Source: a virus (taxonomy: Duplodnaviria > Caudoviricetes). Taken from it: a DNA stretch of 34,749 bases. A program made the position numbers and the translations under genes. The stretch is taken from the IMG/VR virus record IMGVR_UViG_3300008255_000288, positions 1 through 34,749 of that record; one strand, 5' to 3'. Positions 17,601-27,008 of this stretch are shown piece by piece (within the stretch, counting starts at the first letter, position 1; every line of letters begins with the position of its first letter). The notes under the pieces are model-generated. The model saw nothing but the letters and a program-made list of their open reading frames with translations, had not been told where the DNA came from and made no database searches.

Positions 17601-20600
17601 GTTGAAATATCACTACTTCGAATTTTAGGATTCGTTGTCAGACCTGTAACAATGTTTCCAATGAAGGTAACCGTGTCGCCATCAACTGTCAGAGTCAATC
17701 CACCCAAATTCAAATTTTCTGGACTAGCTACAGTGCTAAACTCATTCTGGTCTGATGTCACAAACAAAACGTTCACCCCATTCACGATTAGGTTATCGCC
17801 ATAATTTGTGGTCGGTGAATCAATTGAACTGGCCGCAGTCGTAATCCATGTTGCACCAACCGTTGCTGGAGTTGAAATCTGAAAATTAAAATCATCAATC
17901 ACAGCTGAAACGGTTTGTGAATCAATATAGTCGGGAGTTGATTCAGTCGAATCAGGGAAAATCACAATGTCACCGACAGATAGTCCATGTGCTGCATATG
18001 TTCTAATTGTAACAGAGTCAGTTTCTTCATCTCCAGGAATAATTTCGTTTATTTTTCCAAGACGAGAGAAACGACGAATGTCCCAATCACCTTTGTCGTC
18101 CTTCACAACCCAAACATCCTGACCTTCAGTAATCAGTTTATTTTGGTCTTCCCATAGAGTTTCAAATCCATCTTCACCAGCAACCAAATAATCCGTTTCT
18201 CCGAGGCGGGCCCAGCCGGCAGTTGGTAAATCTTTTCCAAGGATATTTTCGAAATTACGCAGTGTGAATTTATTTGAGAAATTTGAATCAGCGGTTCTGA
18301 TCCATCTATCATCATTCAAAGGAATCGTGATAATCTGATCTAGTTTCGAATCTACCGCATTCGGATTTGTCGAGAATGTAATCGTCTGCGGATCGGTTTT
18401 AATTTCTGATTGAAGTAAAGCAAATTCTAGAGCAGTGCGAATTTCTCGTGCACCATACTCGCCGACAAGAACTGCCCACTCCTCAAAAATTTGGAAATCT
18501 TCTTGTGAATTTCGAATGAACGTGGATCGCAACAATCTATCAAAACTTGCCTTGGTTCCCTTCTCCTGCAGGAATCCACGGAAGAAGTTAAATTGTGATC
18601 GATCATCAAGAAGCATTTCCTGCATATGCCGTCTCTTTTGGTATCCAACCAAGTGCCTGGCATGATCAAACGCGGCTGACGAAGCCCCGATTGCGTAAGG
18701 GTCGTAGAATTTTCGAATGTTCTCAGCACGAGTATCGTAGTTCGGGATAATTGTGTCACTCTGAATCAAATATCCAGGAGCATCAAATCTTCCATTCCAG
18801 AACTTCGTTCGTGTTCCGATAAGTCTAAAACGACGCTGACGAAGATTGATTTTTGGTTCATAAATCAGATTATCGAACTGCGTCGTATTGTTGAATAACA
18901 ATGCATGATCATACTCAATCAATGTCAAACGCAACAGGGCAAGTGATTCGGTGTTTGTATGCGTAATACTCACCTGGTTATCAATTCTTGACACGTCGAA
19001 GGAATCAGTTCGCATTGGAATTCCTTCATAATCTAAAGCAGTCCAACTACCATTCGTGTATTGTGTAATTTTATCAACCAATCCGAAATCAGCTTGGAAT
19101 GCGGCCTGCGAGGAGAATGGTGAAAGGAATAAAACAGCATCTTCTGAAAGGTCGCCGTCTGCCCACTTTACAAACTCTTTTGCCATACGGTTCCAATTGT
19201 TCATTTCATTCGACGATGAAATGAACTCGTCAAACACCCAACCTTCAGACTCGAGCCAAGCACCGTAACCTGTAATTAGGTTTGTTACATCTTGAATGGT
19301 TCCAATCGGATCATCGTATTCATATTCGTGTTCGGTGTTATCAAAGTTTGAATATAATGTTGAAGACAGTTTACCAAAAGAAAATGTAGATTTGTTTCCG
19401 GCAGATGGTCTGAAATACCTAATTGTTGGGTAGAGCGGGTCGTACCCTCGCACACGATAAGAAGTTCCATCCCAACGCACAATCAATGCAGAGTAAACAG
19501 GTTCTCTTCGAGACGCTGACTGGTTCAAGACTGTAGTAATGTCTTCTGCAGGGACCAAACCAAAATTGTCCGAGGTAATACGAAGTCCATCGGTGTTAAT
19601 GAAAGACCCGGTTCGATACCCAAGCTGCACCGTCAAATCTTGTAATAACGAGTTGAGGTTTTCTTGATTGAATCCTTTCGATAGCCAGAAATCAGAAAAC
19701 CACTGTTGCGATCCGATCTCTCGGTTCGTTTGTGAATGAACCGAGTCTTCTGAAACCCCGGCTCGGCGTCGTATTGGAGCATACACAACTTGCGACTGCT
19801 GTTGGGTTCTAAAGAATCGTTCAGTTCCAATAGCATCCCAGGTTTTTTCAAGCCATTCTGCCGGTCTTGCCAAATAAGTCGTTCCTGCAAGATCGAAAGG
19901 ATACAGATTAGAAATTCTCCATAACCATTCAACCGGAGAAACATCTCCGAATTTGAAATTTGAGGAAGCAAATTTGGCTGGCGGGGCTGACGGAATAATA
20001 CCTGCGGCTATTGGATCAAGCAGATCGCCTGCGGCATCTACCGGAATTACACTAGTCAATCCGGGACGAGTGAATCTCGTATCAACCCCGGCTCGAGGTC
20101 CACCTGCAATAACTCCGGCTTCGAGGTCTTGCCACATTTCGGTATTTTCTCTGGTGTATGGGGCAGATCCGTATTCAGTTACCCACCAGATTGGCTCTTC
20201 ACCAAAACCAAGCATTTCCCAAGGATGGGTATGCGGTCTATCGGTGTCGAAATAGTATCGGTAAATTCCACGCCAATGTCCAGGACCTATTTCACCATAG
20301 CGATCTGGCGATCCGCCATAGTTGAAGGTGAACGGATCAGTAGGATCGTAATAAGTATTCGGTTTATGATCAACTCCGTTTTGGAATGCCCAATTCTCAA
20401 AGAACGGTCGCATAATCTTGTCCCACTCAGTTCTAGAGTACGCCGATGAACGATACTTGCCTGGCATTACATCAAAGTGACTGAATTCAGGGTGGACCAT
20501 TTTGAATTTATCTTGAATTGAATCATACACTCGCTCTTCTAAACGAAGCATAATATCGTCGAAATCACCTCCAGTAACCTGTGCTAAAGATCCGTCGTGA

Positions 20601-22975
20601 CCGCGGCGCCAAGTGACTGAACGATCACCTAAAGTGTCATCAACAAAAGTAGTCGGGGTGAACACAATTCCAAAACCAAGAAACGCTGGGGTAGGTGGAA
20701 CATACAAATCATCACCGAGCATGCCTGAATTTAGGAATGGGAATGAATCATCTTTTCCGATATTGATTGCTGCAACCACTGCATCGATGAATAAATCTGC
20801 CGACGCGTAATCAGCTAGGCGGCCTTCATTAATCCAAGTCCTGGAAATTGATTCAAATTTTGCAAACCATTTCTGATATTCTAAACTAACAAACCGAATA
20901 GCGTTTCTAAAATTGATTTCTTTATTCTGATTCAAGAACATTAATCGAAGAAGAGGACCAGAATGTTGAAGGATTTCAGTTCCAGCCGCTAGATTTCTGG
21001 CAGTTGAATTGAAATTGTTCACGCCATATGGCCTACCGGTTATCCCTTGTTGGTTTTCAATAATTGTAATGAAGTGTTCGAACAATTCATTATATGAAAT
21101 TGTCTCGATATTTTCATTGTTTGGATTTGCCTGAAGGTTTGTCGGGATACGATAATACCCTCCATTATCCAAGGGCTCACTTCTATCCCTATCAAATGAT
21201 CGAGCCTCTAAGAAATCATTATTTTCAAGCGTAAGTGTTTCACTCAATTCGATCATGTTTCCAGTACGAGCGAAATCAATCCCGGATTCCAATAGGTTTC
21301 CATTCAAGAACAATCTAAATGTCTGGAACTGTCCCGGAACTTCATCTTCAGGAGTTTGAGATAGAGTGAATTCCAAAGGAAATTCGATTGCACCGGAACT
21401 GGTTTCCTTTTGTTTGATAATCCACGAATCCGAAACAGATTGTCTACTCAACCATGTTGGATGTCTCCAATCAGATTCGTACGAATCAAAAGAAGAAGTA
21501 AACCCATTCTTTCTGAAAAAACGCATGCCGGGAATTTCAGCCGTTGTGACGGTATCCGGTTCATACGTGAATGAATCAGATTGAATGAAGTTATTATAAT
21601 TGATTTCACCGAACGAGTTAAAGGTAATACGAAGACCCAGCAACGAATCAATTGGATTCTCATCACTCTCTTCAAACCCAAAAAGGAATGATCCATTAAA
21701 TGTTGAATTCGGATATGTGGTTGAATCATCGAGCCGAGTGGCTTCAATATCAAAAAGGTCGAACAGCGGATATTGATTTTCGGTAGTCTTGCGTTGTCCC
21801 TCAACCCAAGCAGAACCGTCCCAATAATATCTTCGATCGGTGTTGATAACACCTTGGGTAACACGAAGTACCTCACCTTCTACTGGTGAACCATCAATTG
21901 CCTGGCCGTCAATTTCTTTGACGAGAACATACACTCCTGTCTCTTCGTGGCCAGTAACCAAATACACAAGGTTATTCTGTCCCTCAGTTGGTTCACCGGT
22001 AACCAAAATTCGCATTCCGTCTTCGATCAGCACACCATCAATTGACGCAGTTTCTTGACCTTGCACACTATTCAATGGACCAGTTAACAGAACATTGACT
22101 GGATCTCTAGCGGTTCGGCCCATATTACGAAGTTGAATATCCGCTTCGAATTGAATGATTGGACGACGGGCTTGGACAGCGATGTAGTTTGTCAAATCAA
22201 CATTCGAAATTTGATTTCTATGGAACCATCTGTTTCTGGTTGACCAAGCATTTTGGTCTTGGGCGCCGCGCTCCATAACAATATAATCTTGTGCAGTGCC
22301 TGAAATAGCATTATCAAATTCAGAGTCATCAAGCAGCCGTATTGACCGACCGACATTCACTATTAGAAAATTTATGTCGTTGTATTCGGTGTTGTCATCG
22401 TCTCTAAAAACCACACGCATACCGGACTGAACATCAGTCCCATCCGGCAATTGAAAATTTTCTTGGCCGATCATATCCAACACGATATTGGTATTTCCAG
22501 TCACTTCAATTACCGGAGGACCTTCTTCGAGCCAATAATAGTTTGAGAAATTAATTAGCATATCCGGGTTGATGGGAGGGCACCAAGTCCAGAACTCTGA
22601 TTCAAACAATCTTGAATGATTATTTGTTAGAGATCCTTGAACACGAAGATTATCAACCAAATCTTCATAGAAACGATAAGCATTGATATTTTCTTCTTCA
22701 TCCAACGAAACTACGGCTGGTTCAAGCTGGTAATTCTGCCTTGATGATGTCGTTTCCGGAATATAAAAATCGTTCGCGTTGAATACGGTCGACCGTCTGC
22801 CGATAAACCCTGAAATTTCTTCAACTGCAGCGGGCTCAAAGAAATGGTTTGCCACTCCCTTAAAGAACTTCTTGACATCGTCATGGTTTTGAAGGAAGGT
22901 TGGAAGTCTACTCAGGACATTTCTAGGTTCCGGCCTTGTTTCGTCAGCTTTTGGTTTCGGTGTGAAATCAGTCAT
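14636..22975 (-). CDS. Giant baseplate/virion structural protein (2779 aa)
   Basis: Follows gp6. NYQLEP, INFSNYYWL..GP, NAWS.RNRWFH, YFDTDRPHTHPWEMLGF, HLVGYQKR and IDIYEW motifs; central Ala/Thr/Gly-rich repeats; RBS AAGGT. Confidence 0.85.
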   Translation of the reverse strand: MTDFTPKPKADETRPEPRNVLSRLPTFLQNHDDVKKFFKGVANHFFEPAAVEEISGFIGRRSTVFNANDFYIPETTSSRQNYQLEPAVVSLDEEENINAYRFYEDLVDNLRVQGSLTNNHSRLFESEFWTWCPPINPDMLINFSNYYWLEEGPPVIEVTGNTNIVLDMIGQENFQLPDGTDVQSGMRVVFRDDDNTEYNDINFLIVNVGRSIRLLDDSEFDNAISGTAQDYIVMERGAQDQNAWSTRNRWFHRNQISNVDLTNYIAVQARRPIIQFEADIQLRNMGRTARDPVNVLLTGPLNSVQGQETASIDGVLIEDGMRILVTGEPTEGQNNLVYLVTGHEETGVYVLVKEIDGQAIDGSPVEGEVLRVTQGVINTDRRYYWDGSAWVEGQRKTTENQYPLFDLFDIEATRLDDSTTYPNSTFNGSFLFGFEESDENPIDSLLGLRITFNSFGEINYNNFIQSDSFTYEPDTVTTAEIPGMRFFRKNGFTSSFDSYESDWRHPTWLSRQSVSDSWIIKQKETSSGAIEFPLEFTLSQTPEDEVPGQFQTFRLFLNGNLLESGIDFARTGNMIELSETLTLENNDFLEARSFDRDRSEPLDNGGYYRIPTNLQANPNNENIETISYNELFEHFITIIENQQGITGRPYGVNNFNSTARNLAAGTEILQHSGPLLRLMFLNQNKEINFRNAIRFVSLEYQKWFAKFESISRTWINEGRLADYASADLFIDAVVAAINIGKDDSFPFLNSGMLGDDLYVPPTPAFLGFGIVFTPTTFVDDTLGDRSVTWRRGHDGSLAQVTGGDFDDIMLRLEERVYDSIQDKFKMVHPEFSHFDVMPGKYRSSAYSRTEWDKIMRPFFENWAFQNGVDHKPNTYYDPTDPFTFNYGGSPDRYGEIGPGHWRGIYRYYFDTDRPHTHPWEMLGFGEEPIWWVTEYGSAPYTRENTEMWQDLEAGVIAGGPRAGVDTRFTRPGLTSVIPVDAAGDLLDPIAAGIIPSAPPAKFASSNFKFGDVSPVEWLWRISNLYPFDLAGTTYLARPAEWLEKTWDAIGTERFFRTQQQSQVVYAPIRRRAGVSEDSVHSQTNREIGSQQWFSDFWLSKGFNQENLNSLLQDLTVQLGYRTGSFINTDGLRITSDNFGLVPAEDITTVLNQSASRREPVYSALIVRWDGTSYRVRGYDPLYPTIRYFRPSAGNKSTFSFGKLSSTLYSNFDNTEHEYEYDDPIGTIQDVTNLITGYGAWLESEGWVFDEFISSSNEMNNWNRMAKEFVKWADGDLSEDAVLFLSPFSSQAAFQADFGLVDKITQYTNGSWTALDYEGIPMRTDSFDVSRIDNQVSITHTNTESLALLRLTLIEYDHALLFNNTTQFDNLIYEPKINLRQRRFRLIGTRTKFWNGRFDAPGYLIQSDTIIPNYDTRAENIRKFYDPYAIGASSAAFDHARHLVGYQKRRHMQEMLLDDRSQFNFFRGFLQEKGTKASFDRLLRSTFIRNSQEDFQIFEEWAVLVGEYGAREIRTALEFALLQSEIKTDPQTITFSTNPNAVDSKLDQIITIPLNDDRWIRTADSNFSNKFTLRNFENILGKDLPTAGWARLGETDYLVAGEDGFETLWEDQNKLITEGQDVWVVKDDKGDWDIRRFSRLGKINEIIPGDEETDSVTIRTYAAHGLSVGDIVIFPDSTESTPDYIDSQTVSAVIDDFNFQISTPATVGATWITTAASSIDSPTTNYGDNLIVNGVNVLFVTSDQNEFSTVASPENLNLGGLTLTVDGDTVTFIGNIVTGLTTNPKIRSSDISTSLTLDDYPINFYHTNVVGSVINPTVVVDGTNGIYINGTDVIWTGAGNLDSIVANINAANISRIFADKTGTGNTQLRLWNLGDQDITLRSIGTTEDPLEQLGLAANTALTGTNMSPVVTVDTFNGININGTAVVFTGAGDAAAIVNDITTAAIADITAAVVGGAVQIIHGTGGDIYVYNIDATEDAIEILGFDIVTAGKTTADYVSDINAAVDIAVIEASVSSGKIQLEKKDGGSISMTNGTGTPSIDFGFQSSYAARTLTQIVAEMVAVGQQATEASDSTISFAYPSTSIIAVSGTAAAVLGLEAEYKAVVSHADVVSQISVGVFPDIEFSDEDGILTFKALNGGSITFAGTSATELGFASSYTGPGAGPDFYGWNSMRRPAVSAVGSSVPIDGWVLGDKIFVDPDLESNLGLPVTAVGRKLWSVYSYNGTTWDLVRYQLDRIDTPIIESVFLFDALTNDTINQVSTWDPIKKVIPGIATSELFYTLEIDPAVYTNGDETGVVQNTDNAWGIEQTGRLWWDLNAVRYLDYEQGDLSYRRKYWGRKLTGSSIDIYEWTRSPVPPSGWDEYVVEQASNASSDYLPSGTVKNASNPAWVESVEFDKTSQQNRTFYYFWVLNPRFRPNKPFRSRSAFEVSAIIDSPQKAGILYFSPIDVVSSDGFDESSFLIGNATNIITNDDVIVQLNFRKRPEDDENVHKEWALVREGSDDTITPSIWSKLRQSLIGEDATGLSLPDINLNESRRYGVKIRPRQSMFKDRENARRTFINAANRLLLQENIVDNDPDWESTFLAKDPEPTDFDFQVNSRVERDLLTTNPLFDPGMTVLILEDEQDKNKWTHWSWDGNTFTLLDKEEYDMQNFWSYEDWYDPDLETLGGADSGEGVSREVPPTTIFATIADRDASHPNSVIEAHNAAHPQGHIVLVLDNGEGRWVWSQYQDDGVRVFWNTVAIQDGTIQLNDAVYSFDLADSDLELENKIAVGKLVDYFDE

Positions 22976-22999
22976 TATCTACCTTACATGAATTTTAGA

Positions 23000-23005
23000 T
23001 ATTTA
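23000..23005 (-). promoter_or_regulatory. Late promoter core TAAATA
   Basis: ggTAAATAtc about 25 nt upstream of ATG 22975. Confidence 0.7.
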
Positions 23006-23010
23006 CCAAT

Positions 23011-23040
23011 TTGAAATCGGGGTTTTCATGCGGTTATAAT
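23011..23040 (+). promoter_or_regulatory. Sigma70-like promoter antisense to the baseplate operon
   Basis: TTGAAA (23011-23016), 18 nt spacer, TATAAT (23035-23040). Confidence 0.5.
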
Positions 23041-23205
23041 TTGAAAGAACGATGCATTTTCTTGAATTTTTATTTATTTCGGCACCGTTGATGAATTACT
23101 TCTCCTCGATATTGCCAGAATTTTTCAAGCTTTCGAATGGAGATTTTGATGTCGCCGGTTTGAATCGTTTGATTTGCTGCATTTTATCAAGTTTTAGAAT
23201 TTGCA

Positions 23206-26200
23206 TTAGTTACCAATTTTTGTGTTGGTTTGTGTGATGTTGTTGATTATAACAACATCACTTACCTTCGCAGTAGAAAGAAACAATTCATCGTGCTCTG
23301 CACGAATCTGAAAAAGGTTGCCAAATTTCGAACTATCCTGTGTAGGAACAATCACAACCTGTGAAATCACGGTAGGATTTTGTTGGTGAATATAAGCAGC
23401 CAACTCAGTAAAGTAGAAACTTTCACCGAAATCCCAGTTATCGATGTTGAAGAAATTATTCACTGCATCGATAACACGCTGTTTCACTTCGTTATCAGAT
23501 AGCGTAGAACCAGCAACCTTACTCACATTGAATTTTGCTCGAAGTGATTCTGATGCACCTTCGCCAAACAGAATTTTGAATTTGGCCGAATGCCAAATAA
23601 TCGAGTCCGAAGCTGATTTGAACTGCTCTAAATCTGAGAACGTAATCGTCAAATCATTCGTTGTAGGAGGCAACGGAAACGAGGCAATAGTCGACGAAGT
23701 GGTGTTTAACCATGTTTGAATATCTTGGTAATATTCTTCAGTCAGAACATAAGTATCCATGATATTTGATGGCGAAGGATCAATCCGTACTCTCTTATCT
23801 GCATAATGTCTCCATTGGAAAATCAAATCACCCCGGCCTTCTCGCCAATAGTAGGAATCTTCTTCAGCCGGGTCTTGAAGTGCTGCACCGTCCCATACTT
23901 TGAACGAATTTTCGTCGATCGAATAGAACACGTCGCCGGAAAGACTTTCAGTTGTGACAATTGCTGCCTCGTTTTGAACTACCGCAAACGTGAATGAATC
24001 TTCTGAAATCATCGGTCGATAATATTCATACCCGTCGGTACTGATATCCTTTCTCCAAAATACCAGTCGATTATTTTCTGGAGTTGACGTTGAGATCAGA
24101 TCGATCGGTTCAACTATTTCCTCGAACTCCAAAGGATTATCAGGTATACCATCATCGTCTTGATCCTGAAGAGCGAGACGAACACGGCGTGGCTCGATGT
24201 ATCCGTCCGAATAAGTGATGGGCTCTGAAAGAAACCATCTATATTCTGATCCTAGGATACCGTCTCCTTCAGCATTTTCGTTAATTCGTAGGATCTTAAT
24301 GAAGTCACGAACTTGCAGTCCGGTTTCTAAGTCATTCACTTTTCGATTGTTTGTGAAGTAGAATCGAACATTCTCAAGTGATTCCCACACATATTCAAGG
24401 TAACGAACCGTAAATGTCCATTTAGAAGCTGAGTACTGAATAAGAATCAACCAAGATGCATCAAGGTTTTGCTCGGTAGTATCTCCAGCATTTGCTTCTG
24501 ACCAAGTACTCGAATAGTCGATGTTATTCTCGAGAATGATGTACCAAGTATCATTTTCTTGATCGTACCGAAGTGCCAAGGAATTTAAGTTTTCCATTTC
24601 GGTAATGATTGAATCAATCTCACTTGCCGAAAAAGAACGACGGAAACTCGTGTAGAAGATATCAACAAACCAACCGTCCTCGACTTCTTCGTTTAAGATG
24701 ACTGGGCCTGATCCAGAGGACAAATCAACAGTACCGTCACCGGATACTGCTTCAACTTTTGCCCAGACTTCTTCATATCCAGGATCGCCAGGTACGCCAG
24801 TTGATGTGTTTGCGAAACGCAGAAGAGCACCTTCGCGAATATAACCCGCGTTTCCTGATCCAGTTGCACCGATTGCAATCGGTGCATCCGAGCTTTCTGA
24901 GTTTACAAATTTACCGGTGGATGAAAAGGTTTGACTTGTTGCTTGCTTCCATTTTACCCTGGTCGATCCGACCACAAACGAAAACGAATCAAAATTCTTA
25001 TAGAAGAAATTAATCAAATCAGTGTCATCAAGTAATGGATCCAACCTTACAGTCAACATTTCTTCATATGACTTGGTTGTTGGTAGTTGTTCTTCATCGT
25101 TTACTTGGTATTCATTTCTATAAATGATACCGTCGTCTGAGAATACATTTGTGTTTTGGTGCTTTCCCGTTGGGTCGTTCAGATCAATAAAGCGTGAATG
25201 ACCTGCAAAAGTTCGATTTACTGATTTCGATTTACGGAGAAGATTACCTGAAAGTAATGGCATGATTTGATAATCTTCACCATTTACCATTCTATTCTGA
25301 ATGTAATAACCAGCACCCGCACGTTGACGAATTTGCTCAGTAGTTTCACGAGGAGTTGAGTTTGTAACCGGATACTGCAAGGAGAAAGTAACACGAAGTT
25401 GGAATTCTTGTGAATCCGTTCCTGAATTTCGGTTGTAAGGGATCGCAATCTGAATATCTCGAATATCCCGAGTATTGATCTGATAAGTAATGCCAGCCGA
25501 TGAACGATGCCAAATTCTGAAAACACCAAACGGCACATCACCAAATCTTCCGTCAGGCCAACGAACATTGATTTGATCATTGTCTCGAGTTTGCACCGCA
25601 AAAATCGTACGGACATTTTTTCCGAGTGAGTTATAATAAATGTTTTCTGTATTATCAACCTTTGTCCATGCCTGCCTGACCGATCCAGTTGTCTCGTTGA
25701 TCTCTTGTGCCCACACATCGTCTTCGTTTATATTTTCTAAATCAACTGAAGTAACTCTATTCTCTATCGGAAGATTGAAGTTGTAGTCAGAAGTAGTCAG
25801 TGTTCCTTGTTTGAAATATACGAAATATCCAGTATCAGTAGATGAATTACCGGTGCCATCATTCCGATATAGAAAATGGAATGAGTTAGCAGGATTCGGT
25901 TCACGTTCCGAGATAATACCGCCGTCTGTAAAGTCTGGATTTACCACGTCGAAGTCGAGCGAAGTTCCATTTACATTTGCTGTAAATGGAAAAACCACAT
26001 TTCGGAAATTAACGCTGTTCATTTGGTAGAGATAAGTCAAAATTGAATCAACTGTTCCAACCTTCACTGGTGATCCGACTGGATTCGACGAAGTCAGCGC
26101 ATTGTTCATAATGGTAGTCCACTGTTCGAACCAATCTTCGTTTGTTTCGTCGTTCCAACGAACAGCGACATTCTGTAATGAATTTCCGTTTGAATCACGG

Positions 26201-26589
26201 ACGTCCTGAGTAGTTTCGATCTCGGTAATTTTTGCTAGTGCGCGCGCAGGATAATTTCTCGACGCATTGTATGAAACCATTTCAGCGAGTCGAAGAATAG
26301 ACTCGCGACGCTCACTCGTGTCGATAAAATTGTCACGCGTGTTGAGATCGGTTTTGTACGCTAGATTTTCACCCAAATAAGCGACCAAATCCAGGAGCAT
26401 AACAAATTCAGAGTTCTCAATCCAGTCATCGAAATCTTCAGGGAAATTAATACGCAAATAATCAACCATCACCTCTCGATAGGTGTTGAAATCTGAAGCC
26501 TGGAAATTCACGGTACTGAATGCCTCGTAAATTTTCTCCCAGTCACCACCTTGCAGTAGATTGACTTGCCTTATTGGTTGCTGACTCAT
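23206..26589 (-). CDS. gp6: Baseplate wedge subunit (T4 gp6-like, 1127 aa)
   Basis: DFNT.RE.M.DYL...FPEDF.DW.E.SEF..LLDLVAYLG, SERRESILRLAEM.SY, DGRFGDVP, QNRMVNGEDY and WDFGESFYFTEL; directly follows gp25. Confidence 0.92.
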   Translation of the reverse strand: MSQQPIRQVNLLQGGDWEKIYEAFSTVNFQASDFNTYREVMVDYLRINFPEDFDDWIENSEFVMLLDLVAYLGENLAYKTDLNTRDNFIDTSERRESILRLAEMVSYNASRNYPARALAKITEIETTQDVRDSNGNSLQNVAVRWNDETNEDWFEQWTTIMNNALTSSNPVGSPVKVGTVDSILTYLYQMNSVNFRNVVFPFTANVNGTSLDFDVVNPDFTDGGIISEREPNPANSFHFLYRNDGTGNSSTDTGYFVYFKQGTLTTSDYNFNLPIENRVTSVDLENINEDDVWAQEINETTGSVRQAWTKVDNTENIYYNSLGKNVRTIFAVQTRDNDQINVRWPDGRFGDVPFGVFRIWHRSSAGITYQINTRDIRDIQIAIPYNRNSGTDSQEFQLRVTFSLQYPVTNSTPRETTEQIRQRAGAGYYIQNRMVNGEDYQIMPLLSGNLLRKSKSVNRTFAGHSRFIDLNDPTGKHQNTNVFSDDGIIYRNEYQVNDEEQLPTTKSYEEMLTVRLDPLLDDTDLINFFYKNFDSFSFVVGSTRVKWKQATSQTFSSTGKFVNSESSDAPIAIGATGSGNAGYIREGALLRFANTSTGVPGDPGYEEVWAKVEAVSGDGTVDLSSGSGPVILNEEVEDGWFVDIFYTSFRRSFSASEIDSIITEMENLNSLALRYDQENDTWYIILENNIDYSSTWSEANAGDTTEQNLDASWLILIQYSASKWTFTVRYLEYVWESLENVRFYFTNNRKVNDLETGLQVRDFIKILRINENAEGDGILGSEYRWFLSEPITYSDGYIEPRRVRLALQDQDDDGIPDNPLEFEEIVEPIDLISTSTPENNRLVFWRKDISTDGYEYYRPMISEDSFTFAVVQNEAAIVTTESLSGDVFYSIDENSFKVWDGAALQDPAEEDSYYWREGRGDLIFQWRHYADKRVRIDPSPSNIMDTYVLTEEYYQDIQTWLNTTSSTIASFPLPPTTNDLTITFSDLEQFKSASDSIIWHSAKFKILFGEGASESLRAKFNVSKVAGSTLSDNEVKQRVIDAVNNFFNIDNWDFGESFYFTELAAYIHQQNPTVISQVVIVPTQDSSKFGNLFQIRAEHDELFLSTAKVSDVVIINNITQTNTKIGN

Positions 26590-26972
26590 ACGGCTTCCTC
26601 ATTAAAATTTCTTTCATCAAAATCAATCTGAAGAGATATCGACGGATTCTGACCTAGATAAGTGATTTGAACATCGACGTAATATCCGTGCTCTTGGGTG
26701 GTTACGGTAATTTTTTTTAGTTCGATGCGAGGATCAGAACGGATGATTCTTTTCACATCATTTTCAATCTCGCGGCGGCGGGCGTCTGTTCTATTCTCGA
26801 ATAGTAATTCCATAATAATCGAGCCGTATTCTGGATTCCAATCTAGTTCACCACGTCTGGTATAGAAGTGGTTAAGGAGATCTTGCTTTACTAACTCAAT
26901 GTCGTAAAGTTTCTCCGAACCGTTTCGCGTACTAAAACCAGCGAAATCCCAAGGCTGTGATAATTCTGGCAT
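26586..26972 (-). CDS. gp25: Baseplate wedge subunit, gp25-like
   Basis: LYDIELVKQDLLNHFYTRRGE..WNPEYGSII.ELLFE...DPRI. Start moved from 26984 to ATG 26972 (GGAG RBS). Confidence 0.9.
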   Translation of the reverse strand: MPELSQPWDFAGFSTRNGSEKLYDIELVKQDLLNHFYTRRGELDWNPEYGSIIMELLFENRTDARRREIENDVKRIIRSDPRIELKKITVTTQEHGYYVDVQITYLGQNPSISLQIDFDERNFNEEAV

Positions 26973-26992
26973 TCCTGTCTCCAACTTTTAGC

Positions 26993-26998
26993 TATTTA
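26993..26998 (-). promoter_or_regulatory. Late promoter core TAAATA
   Basis: About 20 nt upstream of the gp25 ATG. Confidence 0.65.
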
Positions 26999-27008
26999 TT
27001 CATTCCAA

